The notes below the pieces were generated by a model that was given only the letters and a program-made list of their open reading frames with translations, did not search any database and was not told where the DNA came from. A program made the position numbers and the translations under genes. This document shows positions 17,892 through 26,423 of a stretch of 64,000 nt of DNA, in pieces (within the stretch, counting starts at the first letter, position 1; every line of letters starts with the position of its first letter). This stretch comes from Acidimicrobiia bacterium (GTDB lineage: Bacteria > Actinomycetota > Acidimicrobiia > IMCC26256 > JACDBD01). Location of the stretch: NCBI GenBank assembly GCA_035316025.1, contig DATFXL010000048.1, forward strand, positions 5,382-69,381, given 5' to 3'.

Positions 17892-17956
17892 GAACCGATC
17901 GGGCGCGGCACGCGTCCGAACGGCAAAACGTAACGTTGCACGCGCAGAGGGGGGAC

Positions 17957-20170
17957 GTGGTGCTCGGCATGCGTGACTCGACGGACACGTCGTTGCCTGT
18001 CCGTACGCGCCTCACAGACTTCACGTGGCTGGGTGGGGTCCTCGGCTGGGTCCTGCCGCTCGGCGGTCTCGCGTTTGCGGTGCTCGTCTGGCCGTTCCCC
18101 GCTCCGAGCGGCGTGATCCTCGACGGGGCGCTGGGTGGCGGTCGGATCGCGCTGATCGCCCTCGGGATCGCGCTGATCTACCGCGCGAACCGCGTCATCA
18201 ACTTCGCCCAGGGCGACCTCGGACAGGTTCCGGCCACGCTCGGATCGCTGTTGGTGATCAGCCTGGGCGTCAACTACATCCTCGCCTTCACGACCGGCCT
18301 CGTCGCCGCGATCGTGCTCGGCGTCCTCGTCGAGACCCTGATCATCCGGCGCTTCTTCCGCGCGCCGCGCCTCATCCTGACGGTGGCCACCATCGGTCTG
18401 TCCCAGGTGCTCATCGCCGGTGGCCTGTTCCTGGCCCAGGCGTTCGGCCAGGACTTCCAGTCCAACCGGCTCGACCCGCCGTTCAGCCTGAAGTTCGAGT
18501 TCGGCAGCACGATCTTCAACGCCAACGACGTGATCGCGATGATCGTGATCCCGGTCGCGTTCATCGCGCTGGCGGCGTGGCTGCGGCTCAGCAACGTCGG
18601 CGTCGCCGTGCGCGCGAGCGCCGAGCGGGCCGACCGGGCGTCGACCCTGGGTATTCCCGTGAAGCGCCTGCACACGATCGTGTGGACGGTTGCCACGGTG
18701 CTCGCGTTCCTCGGCATGTGGTTGCGCGCCGGTGCGGTCGGGCTGCCGATCGGGACGGTGCTCGGGCCGTCGTTCCTGCTCCTAGCCCTGGCCGCCGTCG
18801 TGATCGGCCGCCTCGACCGGTTCTTTGTCATCGCGGTGGCCGCGGTCGGCCTCGGCATCCTGGACAAGGCGATCACGTTCCAGCCCGACAACAACCCCGC
18901 GTTCAACGACGCCATTCTCTTCCTCGTCATCCTCGGCGCCCTGCTCCTCACTCGACGACCAGGCCGGGGGCGCATCGGCGAGGGCCAAGTCTCGACGTGG
19001 CAGGCGGCTCGGGAGGTGCGGCCGATCCCGCGCGAGCTCAAGGGTCTGCCGGAAGTGCGCGTGACGCGGTGGGTGCTCCTCGCCGGTGTCGTCGCGTTCC
19101 TCGTCACGCTGCCGCTCTGGCTGGACGAGAGCCGTATGAATCTCGTCAGCGTCATCGTCATCTTCGGCTTGATCGGGCTCTCGCTCGTCGTGCTGACGGG
19201 ATGGGCGGGTCAGGTCAGCTTGGGCCAGATGGGCTTCGCCGGCATCGGTGCCGCCGTCGGCGGATGGGCTACCTATTACATGCAAACCGACATCTCGCTC
19301 GCGCTCCTCGTCGGCGGGGCCGCCGGCGCGCTGGCCGCCATCGTCGTCGGCTATCCGGCGCTGCGCAGACGGGGTCTGACGCTCGCCGTCAGCACGCTCG
19401 CGTTCGCGCTGTTCGTGTCGTCGTTCCTTCTGAACCAGGAGCTGTTCGGCGAGAACGGCGAGCCGCCTCTGTTCTTCCCGGGCCACTGGCTGCCGGGGTT
19501 CCGCATCGACCGTCTCCCGGTGTTCGGGCGCTTCGACGTCGAGAGCGAGACCCGCTTCTACTTCCTCTGTCTCATCGTGCTCGGCCTTGTGCTCCTCGTC
19601 GTGCGGGGAGTGCGACGGAGCCGTACCGGCCGGGTCCTGATCGCGATCCGTGAGAACGACACGGCGGCGCGGGCGTACGGCATCAACACGACGCGCACGA
19701 ACCTCGCGTGCTTCGCCCTCTCGGGGTTCATCGCCGCAGTGGCGGGCGCGCTGCTCGTGCACCAGCAGACCGGCCTCCAGGTCGGTGCGGGCAACCTCTA
19801 CCTGCCCCAGCAGAGCCTGCAGGTGTTCTCGATGGTCGTGATCGGCGGGCTCGGATCCATCCCCGGTGTGCTGCTCGGCGCCGTGTACGTGTACGGCGCG
19901 CAGTACTTCCTGCCCGGCCAGTGGCAGTTCCTCGCCACCGGGGCCGGGCTGCTGTTGATCCTCATGGTGCTGCCGGGCGGGATCGGCGCCGTCCTCTACG
20001 ACATCCGCGACTGGCTGCTCCGTCAGGTCGCCAAGCGTCGCAAGCTCGTCGTCCCGAGCCTGGTCGCCGACGTCCGCGTCGAGGAACCGGTTCCGGAGCC
20101 TGCCCGTGAAGCGGCCGAGGAAGCGGCCGAGGAAGCGGCCGAACGCGCGCCGGCCGAGGTAGGACCGTGA
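17957..20170 (+). CDS. branched-chain amino acid-type ABC transporter permease, fused LivH-LivM
   Basis: This is the 3' part of track ORF 17462..20170, whose 5' part overlaps the dehalogenase gene. The start is GTG 17957/17960 or ATG 17969, just after GAGGGGGG. There are two BPD_transp_2-type halves (IALIYRANRVINFAQGD... and LTGWAGQVSLGQMGFAGIGA...). Confidence 0.85.
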   Translation: MVLGMRDSTDTSLPVRTRLTDFTWLGGVLGWVLPLGGLAFAVLVWPFPAPSGVILDGALGGGRIALIALGIALIYRANRVINFAQGDLGQVPATLGSLLVISLGVNYILAFTTGLVAAIVLGVLVETLIIRRFFRAPRLILTVATIGLSQVLIAGGLFLAQAFGQDFQSNRLDPPFSLKFEFGSTIFNANDVIAMIVIPVAFIALAAWLRLSNVGVAVRASAERADRASTLGIPVKRLHTIVWTVATVLAFLGMWLRAGAVGLPIGTVLGPSFLLLALAAVVIGRLDRFFVIAVAAVGLGILDKAITFQPDNNPAFNDAILFLVILGALLLTRRPGRGRIGEGQVSTWQAAREVRPIPRELKGLPEVRVTRWVLLAGVVAFLVTLPLWLDESRMNLVSVIVIFGLIGLSLVVLTGWAGQVSLGQMGFAGIGAAVGGWATYYMQTDISLALLVGGAAGALAAIVVGYPALRRRGLTLAVSTLAFALFVSSFLLNQELFGENGEPPLFFPGHWLPGFRIDRLPVFGRFDVESETRFYFLCLIVLGLVLLVVRGVRRSRTGRVLIAIRENDTAARAYGINTTRTNLACFALSGFIAAVAGALLVHQQTGLQVGAGNLYLPQQSLQVFSMVVIGGLGSIPGVLLGAVYVYGAQYFLPGQWQFLATGAGLLLILMVLPGGIGAVLYDIRDWLLRQVAKRRKLVVPSLVADVRVEEPVPEPAREAAEEAAEEAAERAPAEVGP
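20108..20143 (+). repeat. 3 x 12-bp in-frame tandem repeat (GAAGCGGCCGAG) encoding (EAAE)3
   Basis: Copies lie at 20108-20119, 20120-20131 and 20132-20143 (last base differs). They sit in the acidic C-terminal tail of the permease, just before the overlapping start of the next gene. Confidence 0.9.
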
Positions 20171-23157
20171 CCGCGCCTCCGGTCGCGACCGCGCAGATGC
20201 CGGGCGGCCGGTTCGCCCGGTGGTGCGACAGCATCACGGGCGGCGCCGCGCTCTTCCCGCTGGTGGTGCTCTTCGGACTCAACGCCGTCGACCAGCTCGA
20301 CCAGAGCGCCTTCGGCGTGCTCCTGCCGAACATCCGCGACGACTTCCATCTGAACACGGAAGGGATTCTCACCGTCGTCTCGCTGTCATTCGTCGCCGCG
20401 CTCGTCCTCGCCCTGCCCGTCGGGTTCTGGGCCGACCGCCTTCACCGGGTTTCCATCGTCATCGTCGCCGGGATTCTCTGGGGCACCTTCTCGGTGCTCA
20501 CGGGGCTGGCGGTCTCGGTCGTCATGCTCGGCATCGCCCGTGCCGGGTCGGGTCTCGGGCGCGCGTTCAACGACCCGGTCCACAACTCGCTGATCCCGGA
20601 TTACTACGACGTCCCGGTCCGACCAAAGGTGTATGCGGTGCACCGGACCGGGAACGCCATCGGGCTGTTCCTCGGCCCCGTGCTCGGAGGCCTGATCGCG
20701 TACTTCCTCGGGTGGCGGGCGCCGTTCATCCTGTTCGCGATCCCGACCGCGATCTTCGTCGCACTGGCGTTCCGGCTTCGGGAACCCGTGCGCGGTCACT
20801 TCGAACGACGGGCGATGGGTGCCTCCGAGCAGGCCATCGTCACCGAGGAGGCACCGCCGTCGTGGGCCGAGTCGTGGCGCATCGTCTGGCAGGTCCGCAC
20901 GCTCCGTCGCCTGTATGCGGCGCTGCCGTTCCTCGCGCTGGCCGTCATCGGCCTGCTGACGCTCGGCTCGCTCTTCTATCACGACGTGTTCGGGCTCACC
21001 GAGGTCCAGCGAGGCTTGGTAGCCGGCTTCGCCGAACCGGCCCAGATCATCGGGTTCCTGATCGGCATCCCGATCGCGACCCGGCTCTTGGCCCGGGATC
21101 CCGGCCTCGTCCTGAAGTTCCTCCTCGCGGTGACGGCCCTGGTCAGCGTGGCCTGGGTCGTGTTCGCCGAAGCGCCCAACCTCCCCGTCGCGATCGCGAT
21201 GAACCTGGTGATCTCAGGAGCGCTCGGCCTTCTCGTGCCGGGCATCTACAGCGTGCTGTCGCTGGCGATCCCCCCGAAGGTCCGCGCGTTCGGCTTCGCG
21301 GTCGCCGCGATCTGGATCGTCCCCGGGTTCCTTCTCCTGCCCATCATCGGCGGCATCGCCGACTCCTACAGCACCCGACTCGCCCTCCTCGCGGCAGCCC
21401 CCGTGTTCGTCATCGGCGGAGTCATCCTCGCGTCCGGGGGCTCACAAGTCGCGGGCGACATCCGGCGCGTGTGGACGGCGGCCGCCGCCCAGTCCGAGGT
21501 GGCGTACGAGCGCCGCCAAGGCCGGGTCAAGCTCCTGCTCCTGCGCGGCGTCGACGTGCACTACGACAGCGTGCAGGTGCTGTTCGGCGTCGACTTCGAG
21601 GTCGACGAGGGCGAGATCGTCGCGCTCCTCGGCACGAACGGCGCCGGGAAGTCGACATTGCTCAAGTCCATCTCCGGGCTGGTGGAGGCGACCGGCGGCG
21701 CCATCATCTTCGACGGGCGCGATATGACCCACACGCCCCCCGACGAGATCGCGGCGCGCGGAGTGACCCAGGTGCCCGGCGGTCAGGGCGTGTTCCCGTC
21801 GTTGACGGTGGCCGAGAACCTCAGGCTCGCGGGCTGGCTCCAGCGTCGCGAGCACGACGAGGCGATCAAGGCGACCGAACGCGTCATGGGGTACTTCCCG
21901 GTGCTGCGCGAGCGCCTGCACGAGCCCGCTGGCAACCTGTCGGGTGGGCAGCAGCAGATGCTCACACTCGGGATGGCCTTCATCGGCCGCCCCCGCCTGC
22001 TCATGATCGACGAGCTGTCGCTGGGACTCGCGCCCACGGTCATCGCTCAGATGCTCGACATCGTGAAGGCGCTGCGTGACCGGGGCACCACCATCATCCT
22101 CGTCGAGCAGTCGGTGAACCTGGCCCTCACGCTGGCCGACGAGGCGTACTTCATGGAGAAGGGAGAGATCCGCTTCCACGGCCCCACCGCCGAGCTCCTC
22201 GACCGGCCCGACGTCCTCCGGTCGGTGTTCCTCGAAGGCGCCCTGGACGCCAACCCGCCGAAGCCCGGGCCCAACGGCGAAGAGGCGACCCCGGCGCGCG
22301 TCGCCGGCGACGGGCGACGGGCGACGAGCCTCGAGGTCGTCGACGTCTCGAAGCGCTTCGGAGGCGTCACCGCCCTGAACGACGTGTCGTTCGCCGTTCC
22401 GCGCGCGGAGATCCTCGGGTTCATCGGGCCGAACGGCGCCGGCAAGACGACGTTGTTCGACGTGGTCTGCGGCTTCCTGCCCTCCGACGGTGGAACCATC
22501 CACCTCGAAACGAGCCGCGGCAGCTACGACCTCACGCGCCGGTCCGCCCAGGCGCGCGCCCACCTCGGTCTGGGCCGCTCGTTCCAGGACGGTCGCCTGT
22601 TCCCGGCGCTGACCGTTCAGGAGACGATCGCGGTGGCGCTCGAGACGCACGTGAAGTCGCGGGACCCCCTCTCGGCGGCCCTGCACCTTCCCCACGTGAT
22701 GCTGTCCGAGCGACGCGTACGTCGACGCGTCGACGAGCTCATCGAGATGGTGGGCCTGACCGCGTTCCGCGACAAGTTCGTCCACGAGCTCTCGACCGGG
22801 AGCCGTCGGATCGTCGACCTGGCGTGCGTGCTCGCGCATGAGCCGACCGTGCTGCTGCTCGACGAGCCGTCGAGTGGCATCGCGCAACGAGAGGCCGAGG
22901 CGCTCGCTCCCCTGCTCCGTCGCGTACGCGCCGCTCTCGGCGCGACGTTGCTCGTCATCGAGCACGACCTCCCGCTCCTGACCTCGATCGCGGACCGGAT
23001 GATCGCGCTCGACCTCGGCGAGATCATCGCCGAGGGCGACCCGGCCGACGTCGTCCGTCACCCCGCGGTGATCGCCTCGTACCTCGGAACGACCGAATCA
23101 ACCGTTGCGCGCTCGGGCGCGCAGAGCGCGTTGCTCACCGACCGGCGACCCGATTGA
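20167..23157 (+). CDS. triple-fusion protein: 12-TM MFS domain + LivF-like ATPase + LivG-like ATPase
   Basis: Track ORF 20167..23157 is a single uninterrupted 996-aa frame with a GTGA overlap to the permease stop. Residues ~1-430 form an MFS domain with motif A-like GFWADRLHR and 12 hydrophobic segments. A LivF-like NBD follows (GTNGAGKST, LSGGQQQ, DELSLGLAP), then a LivG-like NBD (GPNGAGKTT, LSTGSRR, LLLDEPSSG, VIASYLG). Confidence 0.85.
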   Translation: MTAPPVATAQMPGGRFARWCDSITGGAALFPLVVLFGLNAVDQLDQSAFGVLLPNIRDDFHLNTEGILTVVSLSFVAALVLALPVGFWADRLHRVSIVIVAGILWGTFSVLTGLAVSVVMLGIARAGSGLGRAFNDPVHNSLIPDYYDVPVRPKVYAVHRTGNAIGLFLGPVLGGLIAYFLGWRAPFILFAIPTAIFVALAFRLREPVRGHFERRAMGASEQAIVTEEAPPSWAESWRIVWQVRTLRRLYAALPFLALAVIGLLTLGSLFYHDVFGLTEVQRGLVAGFAEPAQIIGFLIGIPIATRLLARDPGLVLKFLLAVTALVSVAWVVFAEAPNLPVAIAMNLVISGALGLLVPGIYSVLSLAIPPKVRAFGFAVAAIWIVPGFLLLPIIGGIADSYSTRLALLAAAPVFVIGGVILASGGSQVAGDIRRVWTAAAAQSEVAYERRQGRVKLLLLRGVDVHYDSVQVLFGVDFEVDEGEIVALLGTNGAGKSTLLKSISGLVEATGGAIIFDGRDMTHTPPDEIAARGVTQVPGGQGVFPSLTVAENLRLAGWLQRREHDEAIKATERVMGYFPVLRERLHEPAGNLSGGQQQMLTLGMAFIGRPRLLMIDELSLGLAPTVIAQMLDIVKALRDRGTTIILVEQSVNLALTLADEAYFMEKGEIRFHGPTAELLDRPDVLRSVFLEGALDANPPKPGPNGEEATPARVAGDGRRATSLEVVDVSKRFGGVTALNDVSFAVPRAEILGFIGPNGAGKTTLFDVVCGFLPSDGGTIHLETSRGSYDLTRRSAQARAHLGLGRSFQDGRLFPALTVQETIAVALETHVKSRDPLSAALHLPHVMLSERRVRRRVDELIEMVGLTAFRDKFVHELSTGSRRIVDLACVLAHEPTVLLLDEPSSGIAQREAEALAPLLRRVRAALGATLLVIEHDLPLLTSIADRMIALDLGEIIAEGDPADVVRHPAVIASYLGTTESTVARSGAQSALLTDRRPD

Positions 23158-23180
23158 CCGCTGCCCGAAAGGAAGCACAG

Positions 23181-24887
23181 ATGGCCAAGCACCATGCTCA
23201 TCGATCTCGAGCTGTCCGGCGCGGCATGTCGCTCGTCACTGTCGTCGCTGTGGTGACCGTCGTCGCAGGACTGCTCGCCGCGGTCGCCGCGGCTTCGCCT
23301 GCGAGCGACCAGGCCGACGCGCAGCGGAACCGGGCACTCGTTCTGTCGGGGCCCATGACCCCGCAGAAGGCGCAGCTCCAGGGCAAGACGAACATCGACT
23401 TCGGCCCGAACTGCGACACATCCACGGGACGGGTCAAGATCCCGACCGTCTACGCCGCCCCGTGCATCGAGCCCTTCACGGGCAAGAACGGCGGCTCGAC
23501 GGCGGAGGGCGTCACGGCGGACTCGGTCAAGGTCGTCGTCTACGTGGGTGACCCCGCTAAGGACCCGCTGCTCGCGGGCCAGATCGCGGCGGCGGGCGCG
23601 AGCCTCGATACGAACCTGATCAAGGACACGTGGCGTGGCTACTTCGACATCTACAACAAGATGTACGAGCTCTACGGCCGCAAGATCGACGCGCAGTTCT
23701 TCGACGGCACGGGGAGCGGCGCCGACACGACGGCGTCCAAGGCCGACGCCATCGCCATCGCCGACATGAAGCCATTCGCCGTCCTGGGTGGCCCCCAGCA
23801 GTCGACGACAGTCTTTTCCGACGAGCTCGCGCACCGTGGCGTGCTGTGCATCGGAACGTGCGCGACCGCGGTGCCGCAGAAGATCATCAACTCCGACCAG
23901 CCGTACATCTGGCCCGCGGGTGCGTCGCCAGAGCAGGCGGCGACGATCGCATCCGAGTTCATCGGCAAGCAGGCGGGACCGGGCAAGGCGCAATACGCCG
24001 GTGACGACGCGACCAAGAGCAAGAACCGCGTGTACGGATTCGCCCACTACGACACGCCGGACGGCCAGTACAAGGGCCTGTTCGACACCCTGGAGTCAGG
24101 CCTCAAGAAGTACGGCATCAAGGTCAAGGCAGACCAGTCGTTCTTCTTGGACCCGTCGAAGGCGCAGGAAAACGCCCGCACGATCATCACGAAGATGAAG
24201 AACGCGGGCGTGACGACCCTGATCTACACGGGAGACCCGCTCACGCCGGCGGCACTCACGAAGGAGGCGACGGCACAGGACTACCACCCGGAGTGGATCA
24301 TCGGCCCGTCGGTGCTCGCGGACACGTCGATCTTCGGTCGGACCTTCGACCAGGACCAGTGGTCGCATGCGTTCGGCCTCGCGCTGGTGCCGGGGCGCGT
24401 GCCGCAGTCCGACAACCCCTCCTACTCCCTGTACCAGTGGTTCCACGGATCGGCGCCGCCGAACAACACCTACGGCGTGATCTTGCCGAGCATCTCGATG
24501 TTCGCACGTGGAGTCACGATGGCGGGGCCGAAGCTCGCACTCAAAACGTTCCGTGACGGGCTGTTCCGGTACCCGCCGTCGGGGGGCGACGCGGTCAACC
24601 CGCAGGACTCGTGGGGCAAGCACGGATTTTGGCCGTCCGTCGACTACAACAGCTCGGACGACTCCGGCATGCTGTGGTGGGACCCGACGGCGACCGGCGA
24701 GGACGAGGTCGGGCACCAGGGGTCCGGCGAATATCGGTACGCCGGTGGTGGGATGCGCTACACGTTGGGGAAGTTCCCCGCCAAGGGGCGAGGCGGGCTG
24801 TTCGACACCGGGTCGTCGGTGACGGTGTTCCCGCAGCTCCCGCCGGAGAGCTCGACGGCGAGCTACGCGCCGCCCGCGACGGGATAG
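23181..24887 (+). CDS. extracellular solute-binding protein (type I periplasmic-binding fold, distant LivK-like), 568 aa
   Basis: Track ORF 23154..24887, trimmed to the ATG at 23181, which is preceded by GAAAGGAAG. It has an N-terminal signal anchor (MSLVTVVAVVTVVAGLLAAVAAASPA). It is the last gene of the ABC operon. The family call rests on context and weak motif resemblance. Confidence 0.7.
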   Translation: MAKHHAHRSRAVRRGMSLVTVVAVVTVVAGLLAAVAAASPASDQADAQRNRALVLSGPMTPQKAQLQGKTNIDFGPNCDTSTGRVKIPTVYAAPCIEPFTGKNGGSTAEGVTADSVKVVVYVGDPAKDPLLAGQIAAAGASLDTNLIKDTWRGYFDIYNKMYELYGRKIDAQFFDGTGSGADTTASKADAIAIADMKPFAVLGGPQQSTTVFSDELAHRGVLCIGTCATAVPQKIINSDQPYIWPAGASPEQAATIASEFIGKQAGPGKAQYAGDDATKSKNRVYGFAHYDTPDGQYKGLFDTLESGLKKYGIKVKADQSFFLDPSKAQENARTIITKMKNAGVTTLIYTGDPLTPAALTKEATAQDYHPEWIIGPSVLADTSIFGRTFDQDQWSHAFGLALVPGRVPQSDNPSYSLYQWFHGSAPPNNTYGVILPSISMFARGVTMAGPKLALKTFRDGLFRYPPSGGDAVNPQDSWGKHGFWPSVDYNSSDDSGMLWWDPTATGEDEVGHQGSGEYRYAGGGMRYTLGKFPAKGRGGLFDTGSSVTVFPQLPPESSTASYAPPATG

Positions 24888-25579
24888 CGACGCGTCGCTG
24901 GGTACGCGTCGGCGGCATCAGCGGTGTCGTCGACGCGTACCCAGCCCGCGCCCTGCTCGTAGCGACGGATGACACGCGCAGGGTTGCCGACGGCCACGGA
25001 GTAGTCGGGCAGGTCGCCGGTGACGACCGCGCCCGCGCCGACGACCACGTGCTCGCCGATGTCGGCACCGCCGAGGACGAGTGCGCCGTGACCCAGCCAC
25101 GAGCCGGTGCCGATGCGCACCGGGCGCGGCGCCGCGAACTGCCGGCCGACGGGCTCGTCGCGATCCGCGTAGCCGTGGTTGGCGTCGGTGACGTACACGT
25201 AGTGGCCGGTCCACACGTCGTCGCCGATCTCGACGCGCCGGTGGCCGACGACGCCACTCCCCTTCCCGATCACGCAGCGGTCGCCGATGGTGACCACCGG
25301 ACCGTCGAGCACCTGCTCCGGTGACACGCCGGCGGACAGCGTGGCGTAGGGGCCGATGATGCATCCCTCGCCGACCTCGATCGACGACTCCCCGAACATG
25401 GCCGCCACGGGGAAGCAGATGGCGCTGCGCTCACCGAAGTGCGCAAACCTGCGTGCTCGCCGATGACCGGGGCGGATCGTGCCGACGTCGGTCGCCCACG
25501 ACCAGCCCGCTTGCACGGCATCGCCGAGCAAGCGCCGCACGTGGTCCAAGGGTCCCTGGGGGATCAGTCGGTCGAGCAC
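24863..25579 (-). CDS. hexapeptide-repeat (LbH) acyl/acetyltransferase
   Basis: This is the 3' part of track ORF 24863..26359, with a GTG start at 25579. It has left-handed beta-helix repeats (IEVGEGCIIGPYATL, VTIGDRCVIGKGSGV, VEIGDDVWTGHYVYV, VRIGTGSWLGHGALV, ADIGEHVVVGAGAVV) and GNPARVIR. Confidence 0.8.
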   Translation of the reverse strand: MLDRLIPQGPLDHVRRLLGDAVQAGWSWATDVGTIRPGHRRARRFAHFGERSAICFPVAAMFGESSIEVGEGCIIGPYATLSAGVSPEQVLDGPVVTIGDRCVIGKGSGVVGHRRVEIGDDVWTGHYVYVTDANHGYADRDEPVGRQFAAPRPVRIGTGSWLGHGALVLGGADIGEHVVVGAGAVVTGDLPDYSVAVGNPARVIRRYEQGAGWVRVDDTADAADAYPATRRYPVAGGA

Positions 25580-25617
25580 CCGTCGTAGGTTACGGGAGCG
25601 AGCCGCCTCCGCACGTC

Positions 25618-26421
25618 CTACGACTCGGGCGACCGGCGGCCGCGATGGGCGACACAGAAGGGCCGGAAGCCCATCGCCGCGTACATGTGCATCGGCGTGT
25701 CGTTCAGGAGCGCACCGATCAGCACCGGCCCGGCGCCGCGGGCGCGTGCGTCGCCGACGCAATGGGCGATCAGCGCGGTCGCGATCCCCCGGTGACGGAA
25801 GTCGGGGTGCGTGAACAGGTCCTCGACCTTGCCCACGCCGTTCGCACCCGGCCACGACGAGAGGAACGCGCAGTCGACGCCGTCGGACCGGGCGAGCCAG
25901 AAGCGCAGATCGGGCGCCTTGGCGCGCTTGGTCGCGACCATCTCGGTCGTTACGTCCTCGTCCCAGACCGGATGGAGCCTCCGGAGTGCCGTCTCCTCGT
26001 GATCGAGACGTGCCAGCCGCCGGACGACCGCCCAGTCGGCGTCCGAGTTCACGCACCGGATCTCGACGGCCGGTGGCTCGTCCTCGAGGGCGAGATCGCT
26101 CTCGAGGAGGAGCTCGAGCTCGTCCTCGAACGCGAACCCTTCGAGCACGAGGCGCGCCTCGAAGGCGGGCGGTGTCCACGGGTCGATGTGGAAGACCCGA
26201 TGCGGCAGTCCGGCGAACACTTCGTCGGCACGCGCGAGCACGGCGTCGGCGTCGCGCTCGGTCGCGGCCCGCACCGAGTGCACCAAGTTGACATCGTAGA
26301 TTCGTGGTGCGTTTCGATCGCGCACGAACCGCGCCAACCGTTCGTCGATCACCTCGCACCCGAGCTCGTAGTACCCCTGCAGCGTCTCGTACGCTCGCCG
26401 GAGCAGTTCCTCGTCCCGCAC
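25618..26421 (-). CDS. GNAT-family N-acetyltransferase with N-terminal extra domain
   Basis: This is the 3' part of track ORF 25618..27567, with a GTG at 26421 two nt after the upstream stop. The C-terminal acetyl-CoA site is LFTHPDFRHRGIATALIAHCVGDARARGAGPV. The start is uncertain. Confidence 0.72.
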   Translation of the reverse strand: MRDEELLRRAYETLQGYYELGCEVIDERLARFVRDRNAPRIYDVNLVHSVRAATERDADAVLARADEVFAGLPHRVFHIDPWTPPAFEARLVLEGFAFEDELELLLESDLALEDEPPAVEIRCVNSDADWAVVRRLARLDHEETALRRLHPVWDEDVTTEMVATKRAKAPDLRFWLARSDGVDCAFLSSWPGANGVGKVEDLFTHPDFRHRGIATALIAHCVGDARARGAGPVLIGALLNDTPMHMYAAMGFRPFCVAHRGRRSPES

Positions 26422-26423
26422 TC

